Shown one piece after another: positions 59,718 through 64,000 of a DNA stretch of 64,000 nucleotides; position 1 is the stretch's first letter; the number at the start of each line of letters is the position of its first letter. A program made the translations under genes and the position numbers. Below the pieces are notes generated by a model. It was not told the DNA's origin, did not search any database, and worked only from the letters and a program-made list of their open reading frames with translations. The stretch lies in NCBI GenBank assembly GCA_963674755.2, contig CAXXVS010000002.1:640001-704000 (forward strand), in the 5' to 3' direction. This stretch comes from Desulfobacterales bacterium. GTDB taxonomy: Bacteria; Desulfobacterota; Desulfobacteria; Desulfobacterales; UBA5852.

Positions 59718-62114
59718 ATGATGGAAAAATCCTCGACGGAAAGATTGCGGGAACGCATCAGGGAACTGGAGCTGTCGCTTGCGCATTGCCGCCGCGAGCG
59801 GGATGCCCTGCACGACAGCGAAGAACGCCTCAACATGGTGCTCGACGCCACGGGAGAGGGCGAGTGGGATTGGAACGCCCAGACAGGGGAGGTGCATTTC
59901 AGCACGCGCTACTGCCAAATGCTGGGCTATGAGCAGGGAGACCTCCCGCCGCGCTATGCGGCATGGGCCGATCTCCTGCACCCGGATGACAGACAGGCCT
60001 CGGAGAACGCGGTGCGCGCCCATCTTGAGGGCCGGACGGAAGCCTTCCGAATGGAGTTCCGCCTGAGAACCAAATCCGGCGGTTGGAAATGGATTTTGGG
60101 GCGGGGCAAGATAATCGAGCTGGACGAACAGGGCAACCCGCTGCGTATTCTCGGAACCCACCAGGACATTTCCCGCCGCAAGACAATGGAGCATGCCCTT
60201 AAACTCACGCAATCGGTGATCGACAGGGCTTCCTTCGGCTGTTACTGGATTAGCAGCGACAGCACGATAACCTACGTCAATGCCCAGGCCTGCCTCTGGC
60301 TCGGCTATGAGCGCGATGAGCTGCTGGGGAAATCCGTGGCGTTAATCGACCCGGACTATCCCGATCTGGTGTGGCGCGATTACTGGACGCAGCTGCTGGC
60401 AAACAAGGTTATGGTATTTGAAACCACGCACATGCGCAAGGACGGCACGACGTTCCCCGTGGAGATCACGAGCAACCACGTCATCTTCGAGGGACAGGAA
60501 TACAGTTGCGCATACGTGCGCGATCTGCGGGAGACCAAAAAGGCGGAGAAGGACCTGCGCGAAAGCGAGCAGCGGCTGCGCCAGGCCGTCCGGGTGGCTG
60601 AAATCGGCATATTCGACCATGACCATCTGGCCGGCAGCGTTTACTGGTCGCCCCGCCTGCGCGAAATCCACGGGCTGGAGCCCCATGAGCCCATCGGCAT
60701 GGAATTGTTCGGCATGCTCGTCCACCCTGAGGATCGGGAGCAAATCCTATCGGATATCAAGAAAGCCCACGATCCCGAGGGAGACGGTTTCTGGGATGTG
60801 GATTATCGGATCGTTCGCCGGGACGGGACCCAGCGCTGGCTGACCGCGCGCTCGCAAACCTTTTTCGAAGGAACGGGAAAGAACCGCCGGCCCGTGTATA
60901 CCGTGGGCGCGATGCGCGACGTCACCCGCTACAAACGGGACGCGATGGAACGCGAACGGTTGCAGGACCAACTGCTTCAGGCCCAAAAAATGGAATCGGT
61001 CGGGCGGCTGGCGGGCGGCGTGGCCCATGACTTCAACAACATGCTGGCCATCATCATCGGCCACGCGGATATGTTGATGCAGGAAATCCCCGAGAGCGCC
61101 CCGCACTACGAAGACCTTGTCAAAATAGAGGGGGCCGCGCAACATTCGGCGAATCTCACAAGGCAGCTATTGGCGTTTGCCCGCAAGCAGACCATCGCCC
61201 CACGACCGCTCGACTTGAACGAGGCCACCGAAAAAGCCCTCAAGATGCTGCTGCGCCTTATCGGAGAGGATATCGATGTCGCATGGAAGCCCGGGGCCGG
61301 GCTGTGGACGGTCAATGCCGACCCGTCCCAGATCGACCAGGTCCTGACCAACCTGCTGGTCAACGCCCGGGACGCCGTTGCCGAAAACGGCCAAATCACC
61401 ATAGAGACCGGCAACGTTCAATTCGATGCGCCATACTGCGAGCTGAACCCAGGGCACCAACCGGGCCGTTTCGTCATGCTGTCGGTGAACGACAACGGCT
61501 GCGGCATGGACCGCGAGACCCTGGACCATTTGTTCGAGCCGTTTTTCACCACGAATACCAACGGCCTGGGAACCGGTTTGGGCTTGGCCACGGTTTACGG
61601 GATCGTCAAGCAGAATGACGGCTTCATCAATGTCCACAGCCAATTGGGCCGCGGCACCACATTCAAGATCTATCTGCCCCGGCACGGGGACGCGGGAACG
61701 CCCCCTCCCGTTGAGGAGCGGCAAACGGCCTTGACGGGCGGCACGGAAACGATTCTGCTGGTGGAGGATGACGCGATGGTTCTCAACCTCAACCGCACCC
61801 TGCTCGAACGCATGGGCTACCAGGTCCTTGCGTCCTCCACCCCGACCAAGGCCGTCCGCAAGGCTAAGGATCACGCCGGTAAGATCCATCTGCTCATCAC
61901 CGACATTGTAATGCCGGAGATGAACGGGAAGGAATTGTCCGACCGGATTAAAGGCTTTCTCCCGGATCTCAAATGCCTGTTCATTTCTGGCTATCCCGCC
62001 GATATCATTGCCAGCCAGGGCGTCCTGCAGGAAGGGATCCAATTTCTGCAAAAACCCGCCACCCTCAAGGACCTCGCGGACAAGGTGCGGGAGGTGCTCA
62101 ACGGCAAGGGGTGA
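59718..62114 (+). CDS. Hybrid sensor histidine kinase (3 PAS/PAC, HisKA, HATPase, receiver)
   Basis: [55 protein letters not shown]. Confidence 0.94.
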   Translation: MMEKSSTERLRERIRELELSLAHCRRERDALHDSEERLNMVLDATGEGEWDWNAQTGEVHFSTRYCQMLGYEQGDLPPRYAAWADLLHPDDRQASENAVRAHLEGRTEAFRMEFRLRTKSGGWKWILGRGKIIELDEQGNPLRILGTHQDISRRKTMEHALKLTQSVIDRASFGCYWISSDSTITYVNAQACLWLGYERDELLGKSVALIDPDYPDLVWRDYWTQLLANKVMVFETTHMRKDGTTFPVEITSNHVIFEGQEYSCAYVRDLRETKKAEKDLRESEQRLRQAVRVAEIGIFDHDHLAGSVYWSPRLREIHGLEPHEPIGMELFGMLVHPEDREQILSDIKKAHDPEGDGFWDVDYRIVRRDGTQRWLTARSQTFFEGTGKNRRPVYTVGAMRDVTRYKRDAMERERLQDQLLQAQKMESVGRLAGGVAHDFNNMLAIIIGHADMLMQEIPESAPHYEDLVKIEGAAQHSANLTRQLLAFARKQTIAPRPLDLNEATEKALKMLLRLIGEDIDVAWKPGAGLWTVNADPSQIDQVLTNLLVNARDAVAENGQITIETGNVQFDAPYCELNPGHQPGRFVMLSVNDNGCGMDRETLDHLFEPFFTTNTNGLGTGLGLATVYGIVKQNDGFINVHSQLGRGTTFKIYLPRHGDAGTPPPVEERQTALTGGTETILLVEDDAMVLNLNRTLLERMGYQVLASSTPTKAVRKAKDHAGKIHLLITDIVMPEMNGKELSDRIKGFLPDLKCLFISGYPADIIASQGVLQEGIQFLQKPATLKDLADKVREVLNGKG

Positions 62115-62239
62115 GGCGGTCCGCTAAAGAAGGGCGGCCAACCGTCCGGCGGAGACCGCCCTCATCGGTTTCAGGGTCAAACCGGCCCTGAACAACCGCT
62201 GACGGCGGATCGGTGCGTTTTCGATGATCCCGTCTTCGT

Positions 62240-62800
62240 TTAAGGATTGGGCGATTTTAGATCATTTGAAATATCGGGATAGAGCTTCTCGGCGCATTCC
62301 GGGCAGATTCCGTGGGAGAAGCGGGCCTCGGAATGGGCGCTGATGTACGCTTCGACCATGTGCCAGTAGCCCCGGTCGTCCCTGATTTTCTTGCACGAAG
62401 CGCAGATGGGGAGGATGCCCTCCAGGGCCCTCACCTCACTTAACGCCGCGCGGAGATCTTGTATCAGCAGATCCTTCTCCCGCTCGGCCTGTTCCTTGAA
62501 CAGGACGCATTGCTTGAGCGGTTTGTACAGCAAGTGGTAGAGGGTGGGGAAAACCAGCGCGGGCAAAAGCAGCGCGTCGCAGAGGGCCGCCAGGTATTCG
62601 GGCATGTGGGGCAGATGTTGGAACACGACCATGATCAGGAGCTCGATAAGAAAAATCGTGAAGGTAATCGCGGCCAGCAGCCCGTAAGGCTCAAGGCGAA
62701 TTGGAAAGGGTTGCGGTGGCGCGGATCGGCCGCCCGGATGAGCCGGGGGGGACAAGTCCCGATGGTTATCCATTTCAGCGCTGATGTCGGAATCGTGCAT
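62240..62800 (-). CDS. Two-TM membrane protein with C-terminal CxxC...CxxC domain
   Basis: Two TMs, coiled coil, PICASCKKIRDDRGYW...FSHGICPEC; start uncertain. Confidence 0.75.
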   Translation of the reverse strand: MHDSDISAEMDNHRDLSPPAHPGGRSAPPQPFPIRLEPYGLLAAITFTIFLIELLIMVVFQHLPHMPEYLAALCDALLLPALVFPTLYHLLYKPLKQCVLFKEQAEREKDLLIQDLRAALSEVRALEGILPICASCKKIRDDRGYWHMVEAYISAHSEARFSHGICPECAEKLYPDISNDLKSPNP

Positions 62801-63006
62801 GGTCTGTCAGACAACCTCCCTGTGACAAGCAAATAAAAATAGCCCTTTTCCGTTAACCGGCCGTAAAAAGCAAGCCTGATACGGGTTGCAAAAGGCCTTT
62901 GTCCGCAATCCCCACAAGCGGATCAAACGCAAAAGGCCGGCAACCCCCGATTTTGAGGGCGCCGGCCCAGCCAACCACCGATTAAGCGGCCGGCCATTTC
63001 TTTTGA

Positions 63007-63139
63007 TCAGGCTGCGGCCTCGATCTCCGCGATCTCTCCCTCAGTGAGCACGCGATCGATGTCGAGCAGAATCTTGACCGTGCCGTCCATGTTGGCCATG
63101 CCCAGAATATATCGGGTGTCCACCTTGGCTCCGAATCCT
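63007..63139 (-). pseudogene. cheW: CheW C-terminal remnant
   Basis: GFGAKVDTRYILGMANMDGTVKILLDIDRVLTEGEIAEIEAAA*; begins about 15 nt after the MCP stop, so the N-terminal part is missing. Confidence 0.75.
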
Positions 63140-63152
63140 AGTTGCGTTTCGG

Positions 63153-64000
63153 CTAAAAGTCGCTTGCCAGCATGGCAGTTGCCTCATTCGCAAATGACGC
63201 CTTGGGCGCCTTGGCCTTCGGGGGCTTTTTCCCCGTGATTGACGCTCTCCCGGAGGAGCCCTCCACAATCTCCACAAGTTCGTTCACCACGCTTTTCATG
63301 TGCTCGGCCTGTGCGCTCATCTCTTCCGACGCCGAAGCGGATTCCTCGGCCGTGGCGGCGTTGCCTTGAACCACCTTGTCCATTTCACTCACGGCGGTGT
63401 TGATCTGCTCGACGCCCTGAGCCTGTTCACCGGAGGCGGCGGCTATTTCGGCCACCAGATCCCCCACCTTGGCGGTGGATGAGCCGATTTTGCCGAATGC
63501 CTCGTTGGTGCTTTTGACGATATCGACGCCGTTCTGAACGCGCCGGGTGGTGCCTTCAATAAGATCCGACGTATTTTTGGCAGCCTCGGCTGCGCGCATG
63601 GCAAGGTTGCGGACCTCGTCGGCCACGACCGCAAACCCGGCCCCGGCCTCACCAGCCCGCGCCGCCTCGACGGCCGCGTTCAGGGCCAGCAGATTGGTCT
63701 GGAAGGCTACGTCATCGATCGTTTTCACGATTTTTTGGGTCTCGTCACTGGCCTTGGCGATGTTGTCCATTGACCGGGTCAGTTCCGACATTTGCGACGT
63801 GCCTTCCGACACCACCTTATTGGTCTCCCGCATCAGGGTGTCGGCCTGACGCGCGTTGTCGCTGTTTTGACGGGTCATGGAGGACATCTCTTCAAGCGAG
63901 GAGGAGGTTTCCTCGATGCCGGCCGCCTGTTCGGAGGAGCCCTCCGCCAGGGACTGACTGGCCGAGGAGACCTGCACCGAGGCGGAGGCCACCTGATCGG
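63153..64000 (-). CDS. Methyl-accepting chemotaxis protein (partial; 5' end outside the window)
   Basis: [40 protein letters not shown]. Confidence 0.95.
   Translation of the reverse strand, partial: DQVASASVQVSSASQSLAEGSSEQAAGIEETSSSLEEMSSMTRQNSDNARQADTLMRETNKVVSEGTSQMSELTRSMDNIAKASDETQKIVKTIDDVAFQTNLLALNAAVEAARAGEAGAGFAVVADEVRNLAMRAAEAAKNTSDLIEGTTRRVQNGVDIVKSTNEAFGKIGSSTAKVGDLVAEIAAASGEQAQGVEQINTAVSEMDKVVQGNAATAEESASASEEMSAQAEHMKSVVNELVEIVEGSSGRASITGKKPPKAKAPKASFANEATAMLASDF

Noticed and set aside
58741..63141. CTAG at the GNAT and CheW truncation points as a shared IS target scar
   Set aside because: Only a 4-mer at two sites, with no IS ends or duplications; chance cannot be excluded

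Overview
GC-rich bacterial chromosome segment with about 50 genes and no rRNA, tRNA, CRISPR array, transposase or integrase. Gene content suggests an anaerobic Desulfobacterota member (inference). 1-10.5 kb holds a sigma54-controlled corrinoid methyl-transfer module: RACo/ASKHA activator, pterin-binding+B12 fusion, UroD-family methyltransferase, OFA-type MFS transporter, 1054-aa enhancer-binding protein and DUF1638, with two near-consensus -24/-12 promoters. 11-42 kb is mostly housekeeping: ABC exporter, cls, slyD, a short rho, DUF3524 glycosyltransferase, aroF-pheA, rlmN-darP-terB, prfC, recQ, cadC-cadA and a CoA-transferase. The aroF-pheA operon is preceded by a Phe-codon leader peptide and a multi-hairpin attenuator that the ORF track misses. 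42-57 kb carries a TolC/MFP/RND pump next to a Cyc2-like porin-cytochrome and three monoheme cytochromes c, a candidate outer-to-inner-membrane electron conduit. 57.6-59.6 kb is an AT-richer patch with HigA and GNAT remnants and attC-like sites, followed by a PAS hybrid kinase and a partial MCP. A family of three palindromic non-autonomous repeats and several gene remnants are also present. All family calls come from motif recognition by eye; no searches were run.
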